Positions 41,034 to 53,348 of a stretch of DNA of 64,000 nt are shown one piece after another (position 1 is the stretch's first letter; every line of letters starts with the position of its first letter). The translations under genes and the position numbers were made by a program. The notes beneath the pieces are model-generated. The model had not been told where the DNA came from and ran no database searches. It worked only from the letters and a program-made list of their open reading frames with translations. Source of the stretch: Methyloceanibacter sp. (GTDB lineage: Bacteria > Pseudomonadota > Alphaproteobacteria > Rhizobiales > Methyloligellaceae); assembly GCA_035528655.1 (NCBI GenBank), contig DATKYG010000017.1:60367-124366 (forward strand), written 5' to 3'.

Positions 41034-44000
41034 ATGATCGATCGCAACGACCGGCTCTGGTACAAGAACGCCGTCATATACGAGCTGCATATCAAGGCGT
41101 TCTTCGATTCCGACAATGACGGGGTCGGGGATTTCGCCGGATTGGTGCAGAAGCTCGATTACCTGCACGAGCTCGGCGTCACCGCCATCTGGCTGCTGCC
41201 GTTCTACCCCTCGCCGCTGCGCGACGACGGCTACGACATCGCCGACTATACCGCGATCAATCCGACCTACGGCACCATGCGCGACTTCCGCCGCTTCGTG
41301 GCGGCGGCACACGCGCGCGGCATTCGCATCATCACCGAGCTCGTGGTCAACCACACTTCCGACCAGCATCCGTGGTTCCAGCGGGCGCGCGCCGCCAAGC
41401 CCGGCTCCGTGTGGCGCGATTATTATGTGTGGAGCGACACCGACCAGAAATATCCCGGCACGCGCATCATCTTCCTCGACACCGAGACCTCGAATTGGAC
41501 GTGGGACCCGGTCGCCCAGGCCTATTTCTGGCACCGCTTCTATTCGCACCAGCCGGACCTCAATTACGACAACCCCCGCGTTCTCGCCGACATCCTGCGG
41601 GTCTTACGCTTCTGGCTCGACATGGGCGTCGACGGCTTACGGCTCGACGCGGTCCCCTATCTGGTCGAGCGCGACGGCACCAACAACGAGAACCTGCCGG
41701 AGAGCCACGATATCCTGAAGCGCTTCCGTGCCGAGCTCGACGAACGCTACCCGGACCGCATGCTGCTGGCCGAGGCCAATCAATGGCCCGAGGACACCCG
41801 CCCGTATTTCGGCGATGGCGACGAATGCCACATGGCGTTTCACTTCCCGCTGATGCCACGCATCTTCATGGGGCTGGCGCGCGAGGACCGCTATCCGATC
41901 ACCGACATCATCAGCCAGACACCGGCGATCCCTGAAGAATGCCAATGGGCGATCTTCCTGCGCAACCACGACGAGCTGACCCTCGAAATGGTGACCGATA
42001 GCGAGCGCGACTATCTGTGGGAGACCTACGCCACCGATCACCGGGCGAGGCTCAATCTCGGCATCCGCCGGCGCCTGGCGCCGCTGCTCGACAACGACCG
42101 CCGCAAGATCGAGCTGCTGACCGGCCTGCTGCTGTCGATGCCCGGCACGCCCGTGCTCTACTACGGCGACGAGCTCGGCATGGGCGACAATTTCTATCTC
42201 GGCGACCGCGACGGCGTGCGCACCCCGATGCAATGGTCCGCCGACCGCAATGGCGGCTTCTCCCGCGCCGACCCTCAGCGTCTCTTTCTGCCGCCGATCA
42301 TGGACCCGATCTACGGCTACGAGACCGTCAACGTCGAGGCGCAGCAGACCCACCCTAGCTCGCCGTTCAATTGGACCAAGCGCATGATCGCCGTACGCCA
42401 GACCCATGACGCCTTCGGTCAAGGCAACATGTCGTTCTTGCGCCCGCGCAACCGCAAGGTTCTGGCCTATCTGCGCGAGCATAATGACGACGTGATGCTA
42501 TGCGTGTTCAACCTGTCGCGCTCGGCGCAGGCCGTCGAACTCGACCTGTCGGCGCAGAAGGGGAAAGTCCCCGTCGAACTCACCGGCGCCTCGCCCTTTC
42601 CGCCGATCGGCACCCTGCCTTACCTGCTGACACTGCCGGCCTACGGATTCTACTGGTTTACCCTCGCCGATCCCGCTCGGCTCGCGTCGTTGCCGGAGTC
42701 GTACCCGGAATCGCTGCCCGAGCTGGAGACCCTCATCCTCGGCGAGGGCTGGAACATCATCGAGAGCCAGCGCGGCGACCGCGAGCGCATCGACCGTATC
42801 GTCTATGAGACTCTGCCTGCTTATCTCCGCCATCAACGCTGGTTCGGGCCCAAGGACGAGGCCATCGTCTCGGCCACGCCCGAGCGCATCGGCGAGCTGC
42901 CGCAAGAAGGCCATGAGAGCTTTTTGCTTCTCGCCGCCAACGTCGCCTTGGAAGACGGCACCACCCAGCGCTATTTCCTGCCGCTGGCGCTGACCTGGGG
43001 CGAGGAACACCTTAAGGTCGACAGCCCGCTGCTACCCTATCTCCTGGCCAAGATCAGGCGCGGCCCCCGGGCCGGCATCGTGTTCGACGCCGCTCATGGC
43101 GACAGCTTCCCCCGGGCGGTGTTGAAGGCGATGATGGAACACGACAAGCTGCCGGCCAATGGTGGCGAACTGCGCTTCGAAGCCAGCGACGCGCTGCGCG
43201 CGCTCGACCTCGGCGACGAACTTAGCGTTCGGCGCATCGGTCTCGGCGAGCACGCCCATACCTCACGCACCCTCGGCGACCGCGTGAACCTCAAGATCGC
43301 GCGGCGCTTACGCCCCGGCATGGACCCGGGCATCGAGATGGGCCGCTTCCTGGCCAAGGCCGGCTTCACCAACGCGCCGCCTTATCTGGGCGCCATCGAG
43401 CATGTCGACCAGAGCGGCACGCCGACGGCGCTCGCTGTGGCATTCGAGCATGTCCGCAATCAGGGCGACGGCTGGACGGTCGTGGTCAACGCGCTCGACC
43501 GCGAGCTGGAGGAGGCGAGCCTCGCCGGACCGCCCGGCGAAGGCGCCGAACGCGGCATTGCCTATTCGCTGTCCTTGATCGAGACCATCGGGCGGCGCAC
43601 CGGCGCGTTGCACCGCGCCTTCGCCACCGCCGGCCCCACCGACCCCGACTTTGCGCCGGAACCGGTCACCGAGGCCGATCTCAAGGAATGGTGCGCAAGA
43701 GCCCTGGCGCGCGCCGAGCAAGCCTTCGCCTATCTGGAGCGTCTGCCCGAAATCGCCGACGAAGAGACCCGCGATCTCGCCGCCAGGCTGCTCGGCCTTC
43801 GCGAGATCATGCTCAAGCGCATCGACACGCTGGTGCCCAGGATCGCCCGGGGCAACAAGCTGCGTCTGCACAACGATTATCACCTGCCCAAGATTCTCGT
43901 GGCCGAGAACGACGTCTATATCGTCGACTTCGAAGGCGAGCCCGACCAGCCGGTCGAGGAGCGCCGGCAGAAGGCGCCGCCCTCGCGCGACATCGCCACC

Positions 44001-44348
44001 ATGCTGCGCTCCTTCGATTATGCGGTGCGGACCGCCGTCGACCGCCAGAAGCAGCGCGGCGCCAGCCAGCTCGACGAGATCGAGATGCTGGGCCTTGAGT
44101 GGCGCTCGCAAGCCGAGCGGCGCTTCCTCAGGGCTTACGGCATGGCCCGGGACGACTCGGCAAGCGGTTCGCATCTCGCCGGCGGCGAGCTGCTGCCCTT
44201 ATTCCTGGCCGACAAGCTGTTCCAAGAAATCGTGTATGAAGGCACGCACCGACTCGTGCTGTTGTCGATTCCCTTGCGCGCCGCGCTCGAATTGGTCGAG
44301 CCCATCGACGGCGGGGTGGACGGCGGCGCCGAGGAAGAGGATGATTGA
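41034..44348 (+). CDS. treS: Trehalose synthase fused to a maltokinase-like domain
   Basis: [35 protein letters not shown]; C-terminal DFEGEP. Confidence 0.95.
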   Translation: MIDRNDRLWYKNAVIYELHIKAFFDSDNDGVGDFAGLVQKLDYLHELGVTAIWLLPFYPSPLRDDGYDIADYTAINPTYGTMRDFRRFVAAAHARGIRIITELVVNHTSDQHPWFQRARAAKPGSVWRDYYVWSDTDQKYPGTRIIFLDTETSNWTWDPVAQAYFWHRFYSHQPDLNYDNPRVLADILRVLRFWLDMGVDGLRLDAVPYLVERDGTNNENLPESHDILKRFRAELDERYPDRMLLAEANQWPEDTRPYFGDGDECHMAFHFPLMPRIFMGLAREDRYPITDIISQTPAIPEECQWAIFLRNHDELTLEMVTDSERDYLWETYATDHRARLNLGIRRRLAPLLDNDRRKIELLTGLLLSMPGTPVLYYGDELGMGDNFYLGDRDGVRTPMQWSADRNGGFSRADPQRLFLPPIMDPIYGYETVNVEAQQTHPSSPFNWTKRMIAVRQTHDAFGQGNMSFLRPRNRKVLAYLREHNDDVMLCVFNLSRSAQAVELDLSAQKGKVPVELTGASPFPPIGTLPYLLTLPAYGFYWFTLADPARLASLPESYPESLPELETLILGEGWNIIESQRGDRERIDRIVYETLPAYLRHQRWFGPKDEAIVSATPERIGELPQEGHESFLLLAANVALEDGTTQRYFLPLALTWGEEHLKVDSPLLPYLLAKIRRGPRAGIVFDAAHGDSFPRAVLKAMMEHDKLPANGGELRFEASDALRALDLGDELSVRRIGLGEHAHTSRTLGDRVNLKIARRLRPGMDPGIEMGRFLAKAGFTNAPPYLGAIEHVDQSGTPTALAVAFEHVRNQGDGWTVVVNALDRELEEASLAGPPGEGAERGIAYSLSLIETIGRRTGALHRAFATAGPTDPDFAPEPVTEADLKEWCARALARAEQAFAYLERLPEIADEETRDLAARLLGLREIMLKRIDTLVPRIARGNKLRLHNDYHLPKILVAENDVYIVDFEGEPDQPVEERRQKAPPSRDIATMLRSFDYAVRTAVDRQKQRGASQLDEIEMLGLEWRSQAERRFLRAYGMARDDSASGSHLAGGELLPLFLADKLFQEIVYEGTHRLVLLSIPLRAALELVEPIDGGVDGGAEEEDD

Positions 44349-44421
44349 CAGCGATGGTCGGCATCTCGATGACGTTCGCGGGACCATCGACGGGCGCATC
44401 GCGTCCGAGGACCCCTAGACC

Positions 44422-46494
<2,073 letters not shown>

Positions 46495-46535
46495 TGTCCG
46501 CGCGGGTCACACAAATTTCTGGTCGGGAGTAGAGT

Positions 46536-48404
46536 ATGCCGGATCGGCTCGACGAATTGGCTGGGCGCTTCGGTATTGCCGATGGCTATCTCTCCGAGAA
46601 GGGAGATTGGGTCAGAACGCCCACCGAAGTTAAGGTCAAGGTTCTGGCGGCCATGGGCGTGCCGCTGGGCGCATCCGCCGACGGCAAGGGCGATCACCGC
46701 GACGTCCCCGAGGCACCGCCCGCCGAGGACGTGGCCTCGCTGTCGGAAAGCGCCTACTGGCCACCCTTTCTTGTGGATCAGCGCGCCTGGGGCCTGTCGG
46801 TGCAGGCCTATGCGCTGCGCTCCGCCCGAAATTGGGGCATCGGCGATTTCGAGGACCTGGCGCGGCTGGCAGAGTTCGCCGCGGGCCTCAGCGCCGACTT
46901 CATCGGCGTCAGCCCCCTGCATGCGCTGTTCATAGCCGATCCCTCGCGCATCAGCCCTTATAGCCCTTCGTCCCGCGACTTTCTCAACCCGCTGCTGATC
47001 GCGCCGGACCGCGTGCCGGGCTTTGCGGATTTGCCCGAGCGCAAAGCGCTCGAGGCCGAGCTTGCGGATTTACGCGCCACCACGCTGATCGACTATCCGG
47101 CCGTCCACCGCGTGAAGCTGCGCGCGCTGGAGGCGCTGTTCGCTCTGTTCGTGAAGGACGCGCACACGGAGGCGAAAGCGGCATTCGAGCAGTTCTGCCG
47201 CGAGCAGGGTAAGCCCCTCGAGGGCCATGCGCTGTTCGAAGCCCTTTCCGAACGCTTCATGGCCGAAGGCCTGAACGCGGCCTGGCTGACCTGGCCCGAG
47301 CACTATCGCGACCCGGACAATCTCGCCGTGCGCGACTTCGCCCGCGCCGCCAAGCACCGCATCGCCTTCCATGCCTGGCTGCAATGGACCGCCGACATGC
47401 AGCTCGCCGAGGCGCAAGCGCGAGCCAAGGCGGCGGGCATGCGCATCGGGCTCTATCTCGATCTCGCCGTCGGCATCTCGCCCGACGGCTCCCGTAGCTG
47501 GATCGGCGGCCCAGCCATCGCCAACAGAGCGCGCATCGGCTGCCCGCCCGACCCCTTCAGCGCCGCCGGCCAGGATTGGGGGCTGGTTCCCTTCTCCCCG
47601 GTCGGCTTATCGGAGGAACGTTTCGAGCCCTATCGCTCGGTGTTGCGGTCCAACATGCATCACGCCGGGGCCTTGCGCATCGACCACGCGATGGGCCTGC
47701 AGCGGCTCTATTGGATTCCCGAAGGAAGCACCGCTACGGAAGGCGCCTATGTCGCCTATCCGTTCTGTGAGCTGCTGGAAGGCGTGGCAGAGGAATCGTG
47801 GATCTCGCGCACCATCGTCATCGGCGAGGATCTCGGCACCGTGGCGCCTGGCTTTACCGACACCATGGTGCGCGCCGGGCTGCTGAGCTACCAGGTCTTC
47901 TACTTCACCGAGCAGGACGGCGTGTGGATGCCGCCTCACGGCTACAGGCGTGAAGCCATGGTGTGCGCCTCGACCCACGACCTGCCGACCCTCAAAGGTT
48001 GGTGGATCGGCAACGATATCGACCGGCGCGTGGAGGCCGGCCGCACGACGGAGGTGGAGGCGGGGCTCCAACGGGACAACCGCAAGGAGGATCGGCAACG
48101 TCTCCTCAACGCCCTTGTCGGCGCGCAAGCTCTGGCGCCCGGCGTGGCGCAGGCGGCGACACCCAAGGCGATGCCGGACGAGGTTCTCGTCGCCATCCAT
48201 CGCTTCCTGGCTATGACGCCATGCCGCCTGCTCGCCATGCAGCTCGACGACGCGCTGGGCACAACCGAGCAGGCGAACCTGCCGGGCACGGTGGATGAGC
48301 ATCCCAACTGGCGGCGCAAAGCAGCCGTCACCCTGGAAGAGCTGGACGCGCAGCCTCTGTTTCGCGACGTGGTCCGCGCGGTGGCCGCCGAGCGCCCGCG
48401 CTAA
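46536..48404 (+). CDS. malQ: 4-alpha-glucanotransferase
   Basis: SPYSPSSR, YLDLAVG, RIDH, GEDLG, THD, NLPGT...PNW. Confidence 0.95.
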   Translation: MPDRLDELAGRFGIADGYLSEKGDWVRTPTEVKVKVLAAMGVPLGASADGKGDHRDVPEAPPAEDVASLSESAYWPPFLVDQRAWGLSVQAYALRSARNWGIGDFEDLARLAEFAAGLSADFIGVSPLHALFIADPSRISPYSPSSRDFLNPLLIAPDRVPGFADLPERKALEAELADLRATTLIDYPAVHRVKLRALEALFALFVKDAHTEAKAAFEQFCREQGKPLEGHALFEALSERFMAEGLNAAWLTWPEHYRDPDNLAVRDFARAAKHRIAFHAWLQWTADMQLAEAQARAKAAGMRIGLYLDLAVGISPDGSRSWIGGPAIANRARIGCPPDPFSAAGQDWGLVPFSPVGLSEERFEPYRSVLRSNMHHAGALRIDHAMGLQRLYWIPEGSTATEGAYVAYPFCELLEGVAEESWISRTIVIGEDLGTVAPGFTDTMVRAGLLSYQVFYFTEQDGVWMPPHGYRREAMVCASTHDLPTLKGWWIGNDIDRRVEAGRTTEVEAGLQRDNRKEDRQRLLNALVGAQALAPGVAQAATPKAMPDEVLVAIHRFLAMTPCRLLAMQLDDALGTTEQANLPGTVDEHPNWRRKAAVTLEELDAQPLFRDVVRAVAAERPR

Positions 48405-48426
48405 GGCGGGCCGCTATCTGGCCCAG

Positions 48427-48765
48427 TTAAAGCGCGTCGGCGCCCATCTCTCCGGTGCGCACCCGCATGGCGCCTTCGAGCGGCAGCACGAAGACCTTGC
48501 CGTCGCCGATGCGGCCGGTCCTGGCTGCTTCGCCGATCGCCTCCACGACTGCGTCGGCCATCCCGGCATCGACAGCGATCTCGATCTTCACCTTGGGCAC
48601 ATAGTGGATGTTGTACTCGGCGCCCCGGTAGATCTCGGTCTGCCCCTTCTGCCGGCCGAAGCCGCGCACTTCGGAGACCGTCAGCCCCTGCACGCCCTTG
48701 GCGGCGAGCGCCTCGCGCACGGCGTCGAGCCGGTGCGGCTGAATGATTGCGATGATGTATTTCAT
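48427..48765 (-). CDS. glnK: P-II nitrogen regulatory protein
   Basis: GFGRQKG, YRGAEY, TGRIGDGKVF. Confidence 0.93.
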   Translation of the reverse strand: MKYIIAIIQPHRLDAVREALAAKGVQGLTVSEVRGFGRQKGQTEIYRGAEYNIHYVPKVKIEIAVDAGMADAVVEAIGEAARTGRIGDGKVFVLPLEGAMRVRTGEMGADAL

Positions 48766-48780
48766 GGTGCGCGTCCCCGC

Positions 48781-49998
48781 TTACATGTTGTAGCCGCGTT
48801 CGCCGTGAATATTGAGATCGAGACCTTGCTCCTCGATCTCGGCGCTGACACGCAAGCCGACGAGCGCTTGCACGAGCTTGATGATGATGAAGCTGACCAC
48901 CACCGACCATATCAAAACGGCGATGATCCCGGTGAGTTGAATCAGCGCCTGTCCGCCCATGGTCCGCCCTTCAACCAGTCCGATGCCACCGAGTGCCGCA
49001 TCGGCGAAGACCGCGGCGAGCAGGACGCCGACCGCGCCGCCGATGCCGTGCACGGCCAACACGTCGAGCGCGTCGTCGATCTTGAACCTGTGCTTGACCA
49101 CCATCACCATGAGATAGCATACCCCACCGCCGACGAGCCCGATCACCAGCGCCGCCCCCGGCCCCACATAGCCGGACGCCGGCGTGATGGTGGCAAGACC
49201 GGCGATCGCTCCGGTCACGGCGCCGACCAGGCTCGGCTTGCCGTACTTCACGGCCTCGATGACGATCCACACCACCGTGGCGGTGGCCGCCGAGATATGG
49301 GTCACGGTCATCGCCATGCCCGCGTCGGCGCCGGCCGAGAGCGCGCTGCCGGCATTGAAGCCGAACCAGCCGACCCACAGCATGCAAGCGCCGACCATGG
49401 TCATCCATGGCGCGTGCGGGGGCCGCACCTCATGCGGAAAGCCGAGACGCGGGCCGAGCATGATGGCGAGCAGCAAGGCGGACACCCCGGCCGTGAGATG
49501 CACCACGAGGCCGCCGGCGAAATCGAGCACGCCGCGCTCGGCCAGCCAGCCGCCGCCCCAGATCCAATGGGCCACCGGCACATAGACCAGGAACAGCCAG
49601 AGTACGCTGAACAGCACCACCGCGCCGAAGCGCATGCGCTCGACGAAGGCGCCGACGATAAGCGCCGGCGTGATGATGGCGAAGGTCATCTGGAACATGA
49701 AGAACACGCTCTCGGGGATCGTGGTGTCGGCGGCGGCGGCATCGCGCGGCACGCCGATGAGCAGCACCTTGCTCAAATCCCCGATCCACGCGCCTGTGCC
49801 TGAGAAAGTGAGGCTATAGGCCGCGAGCAGCCACAGCACCGTGACCACGGATGCGATGGTGAAACATTGCATCAGAACCGAGAGCAGGTTCTCGGCGCGC
49901 ACGAGGCCGCCATAGAACAAGGCCAGCCCCGGCAACGTCATGAATAGAACCAGCGCCGTGGCCGTAATCAGCCAGGCGGTATCCCCCGCGTCGATCAT
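48781..49998 (-). CDS. amtB: Ammonium transporter
   Basis: GLALFYGG, FQMTFA, DFAGG.VVH, WVGWFGFN, AVHGIGG. Confidence 0.96.
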   Translation of the reverse strand: MIDAGDTAWLITATALVLFMTLPGLALFYGGLVRAENLLSVLMQCFTIASVVTVLWLLAAYSLTFSGTGAWIGDLSKVLLIGVPRDAAAADTTIPESVFFMFQMTFAIITPALIVGAFVERMRFGAVVLFSVLWLFLVYVPVAHWIWGGGWLAERGVLDFAGGLVVHLTAGVSALLLAIMLGPRLGFPHEVRPPHAPWMTMVGACMLWVGWFGFNAGSALSAGADAGMAMTVTHISAATATVVWIVIEAVKYGKPSLVGAVTGAIAGLATITPASGYVGPGAALVIGLVGGGVCYLMVMVVKHRFKIDDALDVLAVHGIGGAVGVLLAAVFADAALGGIGLVEGRTMGGQALIQLTGIIAVLIWSVVVSFIIIKLVQALVGLRVSAEIEEQGLDLNIHGERGYNM

Positions 49999-50020
49999 GG
50001 TGTCCCTCCCCCTAGACGCC

Positions 50021-50101
50021 TGCCCAAAAACAGGTCTTTGCCCAATTCTCTAGCATAACGGGGCCGCTCGCGGACAAGGGGGGCTGCCTAAAAAGATGCC
50101 A
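50021..50101. promoter_or_regulatory. Candidate NtrC-type sites upstream of amtB
   Basis: TGC-N11-GCA at 50039-50055, flanked by related TGCC(C/T)AAAAA motifs at 50021 and 50085. Confidence 0.5.
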
Positions 50102-50170
50102 CTATCGAAAGAGGATCGCGTGAGGCGCGCGACGCGGCCACAATGCTGACGCCTGGCGTGGTATAGTTCT

Positions 50171-50638
50171 ATGATGAGCAAGGCCTTTACGAAAGAGGCC
50201 GAAGGGGGGGACGTCTATGACGACCTGCCCGATAGGCCGATATCCTCACACAACCTCGTGACCGCGCGGGGACTGGCGCTGATCGAGTCCGAGCTGGCCC
50301 GGCTGCACGACGAGCATGCCGCCGCGCATGACGCCGACGACAAGCCGCTGCTCGCCAAAATCAACCGCGATCTGCGCTATTGGACCTCGCGCCGGGCCAC
50401 GGCCCAGGTCATCGAGCCGCCGCGCGACACCACCGAGGTGCATTTCGGCTCCAAGGTCACCATCGAGCGCGAGGACGGGCGCCGTCAGTCCTATCTCATC
50501 GTCGGCGAGGATGAGGCCGACCCATCCCACGGCACGCTGTCCTATGTGTCGCCGGTGGCCCAGGCGATGATGGGCAAGCCGGTGGGCGAGACCGTTCCGG
50601 CCGGCGCCGGCGAAGCCAAGATCGTCGAGATTTCCTAG
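50171..50638 (+). CDS. GreA/GreB-family factor (short N-terminal coil)
   Basis: VHFGSKV, IVGEDEAD...LSYVSPVA. Confidence 0.88.
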   Translation: MMSKAFTKEAEGGDVYDDLPDRPISSHNLVTARGLALIESELARLHDEHAAAHDADDKPLLAKINRDLRYWTSRRATAQVIEPPRDTTEVHFGSKVTIEREDGRRQSYLIVGEDEADPSHGTLSYVSPVAQAMMGKPVGETVPAGAGEAKIVEIS

Positions 50639-50648
50639 GACCCGCAGG

Positions 50649-50972
50649 TCAGGTCTTGGTGGTGGGCTTCTCCAGCATGAGCCGGCCTTGCTTCTCCACC
50701 AGCGCCTTCGCCTTGTTAGCAAGCACGGCGAGAACCCAGGGGAGCTGGACTTCGAGCCGCACATGATCGTCGGCCACGTCCACTATGCCGGTGGCCGACT
50801 GGCCGAGCAGGCTCGCCTCGAAGTCGAGATGCTCGCCACGCCAAGCATCCTTGAGCACCACGAAGGTCTCGCCGACGCTCGACCGCACATTGCTGAAGCC
50901 CGCCTGGAGGCGGCGCTTGGCTTCGGCCTTGCCGAGCTTATGTGGGATGGTGACGACAACGGGCTGGGTCAT
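50649..50972 (-). CDS. Polyhydroxyalkanoic-acid-system family protein
   Basis: VTIPHKLGKAEAKRRL, VRLEVQLPW. Confidence 0.8.
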   Translation of the reverse strand: MTQPVVVTIPHKLGKAEAKRRLQAGFSNVRSSVGETFVVLKDAWRGEHLDFEASLLGQSATGIVDVADDHVRLEVQLPWVLAVLANKAKALVEKQGRLMLEKPTTKT

Positions 50973-51062
50973 GCCGGGTAAACGCCTCTGGGGCTCGTTT
51001 CGGTTCCCCATATGTGGGAACTGGGGCAGCGTCCTAACAGATGCCGCGCGCCAACCAGCCGA

Positions 51063-51686
51063 CTAACCCGTTGGATTGGCGGACTTAAGGAGTGGACTGC
51101 CCAGCGGTTTGCCGATCCTGGCGAAGGCCCACACCTGGGCATTCGCCGTCGCGTCGCACAGGAAGGTTTCGCCCGCCGCGGATTCGATGAACACGAAATA
51201 GCCGGGGAGCCAAGCTTCGTTCAGGCCGTCCGCGCCCTTCCCCGACACTTTTCCCACCACCTTGCCATCCTCGCCGGCGAGATAAGCCTGGCAGGCGCGC
51301 TCGGCCACGGCCAACGGATCAGGCGGGCTCGTGACCGGCTGACCGTCGCCGTCGACATAGAGCGGCTCAACGAGATGCGCTCCCTCGCCCGCCAGAAGAT
51401 CGTCGAAGATCTTGCTGTAAGCATAGACATGGCCGTCCGCGCCGGCGCTGCACAGAAAGAGATTGGTGTCGGCGTCGGTGAGCCAGACCAGGCTCCCGCC
51501 CCGACCGTCGGCGATGGCCGTCACCGGCCTCGCCGGACCCTCGTCGCCCGCCGCAGCGCAAGATCGCATGGCCGCCTCATGGGGACTGGCGGCGGCGACA
51601 GCCGGTGCGGCGAGGTTTGCCGCGAGGCCCAGCGCACCAAGGCTCACGCCCAGTCTGATACGAAGGGTCAACATTATGACATCCAT
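51063..51686 (-). CDS. Secreted hypothetical protein with two Cys-paired repeats
   Basis: Signal peptide; internal repeat LFLCSAGADGHVYAYSKI / TFLCDATANAQVWAFARI. Confidence 0.7.
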   Translation of the reverse strand: MDVIMLTLRIRLGVSLGALGLAANLAAPAVAAASPHEAAMRSCAAAGDEGPARPVTAIADGRGGSLVWLTDADTNLFLCSAGADGHVYAYSKIFDDLLAGEGAHLVEPLYVDGDGQPVTSPPDPLAVAERACQAYLAGEDGKVVGKVSGKGADGLNEAWLPGYFVFIESAAGETFLCDATANAQVWAFARIGKPLGSPLLKSANPTG

Positions 51687-51802
51687 GGTGAATTTCTCCC
51701 GTTCCTGAAGCGCCGATAGCCGGCAAAACGCCCCCGGCTCAATTGGCACAGGCCGGGCGCGGCCATTGTGAGGCCCCTCACAATGACGCGGGAGAAGGCA
51801 GC

Positions 51803-52111
51803 TCAGTGCGCGGAGTCTTTGCCGTCCACATGGCCCAGATCACGGTCGGGCGCGATCCTGTCGCGCACCAGCTGCTTGAGCTCTTTCATCTCGGGAAAGC
51901 GCCCTTGCTCACCGCGCGACCACAGCAACGTCCCATCCACGCGCACCTCGAACACGCCGCCCGTGTCGTCGGGGATGAGCGTGACCGAGCCGAGTTCGGC
52001 GGCGAAGGTGGATAAGAGTTCCTGGCCCATCCAACCGGCCCGCAGCAGCCAGTTGCACAGACGGCAATAGGTGATGGAAACATTCGGCGACGGCGCGATG
52101 ATGGCACCCAT
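51803..52111 (-). CDS. SelT/SelW/SelH (Rdx)-family protein
   Basis: ITYCRLCNW CxxC, QELLSTF, GGVFEV, RDLGH. Confidence 0.92.
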   Translation of the reverse strand: MGAIIAPSPNVSITYCRLCNWLLRAGWMGQELLSTFAAELGSVTLIPDDTGGVFEVRVDGTLLWSRGEQGRFPEMKELKQLVRDRIAPDRDLGHVDGKDSAH

Positions 52112-52178
52112 TTTTTGCAGTAAAGTCAGACCTAGCGACCTTAGACCACGGCCGCCGCCTCATGCCAGCCCTAGTCTG

Positions 52179-52192
52179 TTGAGCATAATCAA
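52179..52192. promoter_or_regulatory. FNR/FixK-like box upstream of the phasin-like gene
   Basis: TTGAGCATAATCAA, one mismatch to consensus. Confidence 0.55.
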
Positions 52193-52252
52193 GGCGGAGG
52201 ACAGTGGAGGTTGTGCGAGCGTCGCCAAACGCTCTATCCAATGGAGGTGACG

Positions 52253-52597
52253 ATGCAAGACTCTGGCCTCGCCGGCGGTGCCGCTCGCACCCGTCTGGCC
52301 AATCCCTTTCTGGACCTAGCGACCGTGACCGCGGAGGCCCAGTTGAAGTTCTGGGAGGCCTATCAAGTCGAAGGTTCGATGTTCGTGGCCAAGCGGATGC
52401 GGGCTGATCTGGAGCACATGCGCGCGCTCGGCCACTGTAGCGATGCTCAGGCCATCGGCGAATGTCAGATGGCCTGGTTCAGCGATCTCCGCAAAGACTA
52501 CGCCGAGGAAATGGCCCGGCTTGCCGGGACGGTATTTTCACTGGGCGTCTCGGGGATGGCGCCGCTCGGAGGACTTTTCACGAAGCGCAGACCCTAA
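52253..52597 (+). CDS. Phasin-like protein
   Basis: GGAGG SD; helical FVAKRMRAD...C.....E.Q..W.....DY.EE pattern. Confidence 0.65.
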   Translation: MQDSGLAGGAARTRLANPFLDLATVTAEAQLKFWEAYQVEGSMFVAKRMRADLEHMRALGHCSDAQAIGECQMAWFSDLRKDYAEEMARLAGTVFSLGVSGMAPLGGLFTKRRP

Positions 52598-52750
52598 AGG
52601 TTCCAATGGCTTAGCCCGCATGACGCAGGCACCTCGCGACTGCGTAATCGCATAACTCCTGCCAAGGGGTTGTATCGAGCGCGGCGCTTCATCACCTCGT
52701 AACAGCAAAGCTGCTTGTTTCAGACGACAAATTGCGGGAAGAGAGAACTC

Positions 52751-53248
52751 ATGAGACGATTGATTCGCCGCGCTGCGCCGTTCCTTTTCGCCACCGCCGC
52801 CGTGATCGGGCTTTTTATCGCCGCCCCGTCGCAACCGGTCGTGGCCGCATCCAGCCCCTTTGACACGCTTCTCGGCTCGTGGCGCGGAAGCGGCACGGTC
52901 CAACTCAACACCGGCAAGGAACGCCTGAGCTGCAACGCCTACTACACGGGCGGCGGCAGCAGTCTCGGCATGGCCATTCGCTGCAAGAGCGACACCTCCA
53001 AAGTCGAGATCAGAAGCAAGCTCAGCCTGAGCGGCAACCGCATCACGGGCAACTGGGAAGAGCGCACCTATAACGCGGAAGGCAGCGCCTCCGGCACTGC
53101 GACGCCCAGCCGAATCAGCATCAGCGTCTCCGGCTCCATCACCGGCAGCATGGTCGTCAACTTCAGCCGTACCCGCCAAAGCGTGTCGATCTCGACCTCA
53201 GGTAGTCCGCTCCAACGCGTGTCGATAACCCTAACTCGATCAGCCTGA
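52751..53248 (+). CDS. Secreted beta-rich hypothetical protein
   Basis: Signal peptide, GSWRGSG, two Cys, GNWEER. Confidence 0.75.
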   Translation: MRRLIRRAAPFLFATAAVIGLFIAAPSQPVVAASSPFDTLLGSWRGSGTVQLNTGKERLSCNAYYTGGGSSLGMAIRCKSDTSKVEIRSKLSLSGNRITGNWEERTYNAEGSASGTATPSRISISVSGSITGSMVVNFSRTRQSVSISTSGSPLQRVSITLTRSA

Positions 53249-53348
53249 CGCGCAGCTCGTTCGCCGTTACTCTTAGGCTCGGAATCACTGCCAGTCTTGG
53301 GGGCGACCTCTGGGGCTTTGCGCGTTTGTGCCGCTAGGAGCGACTGCC

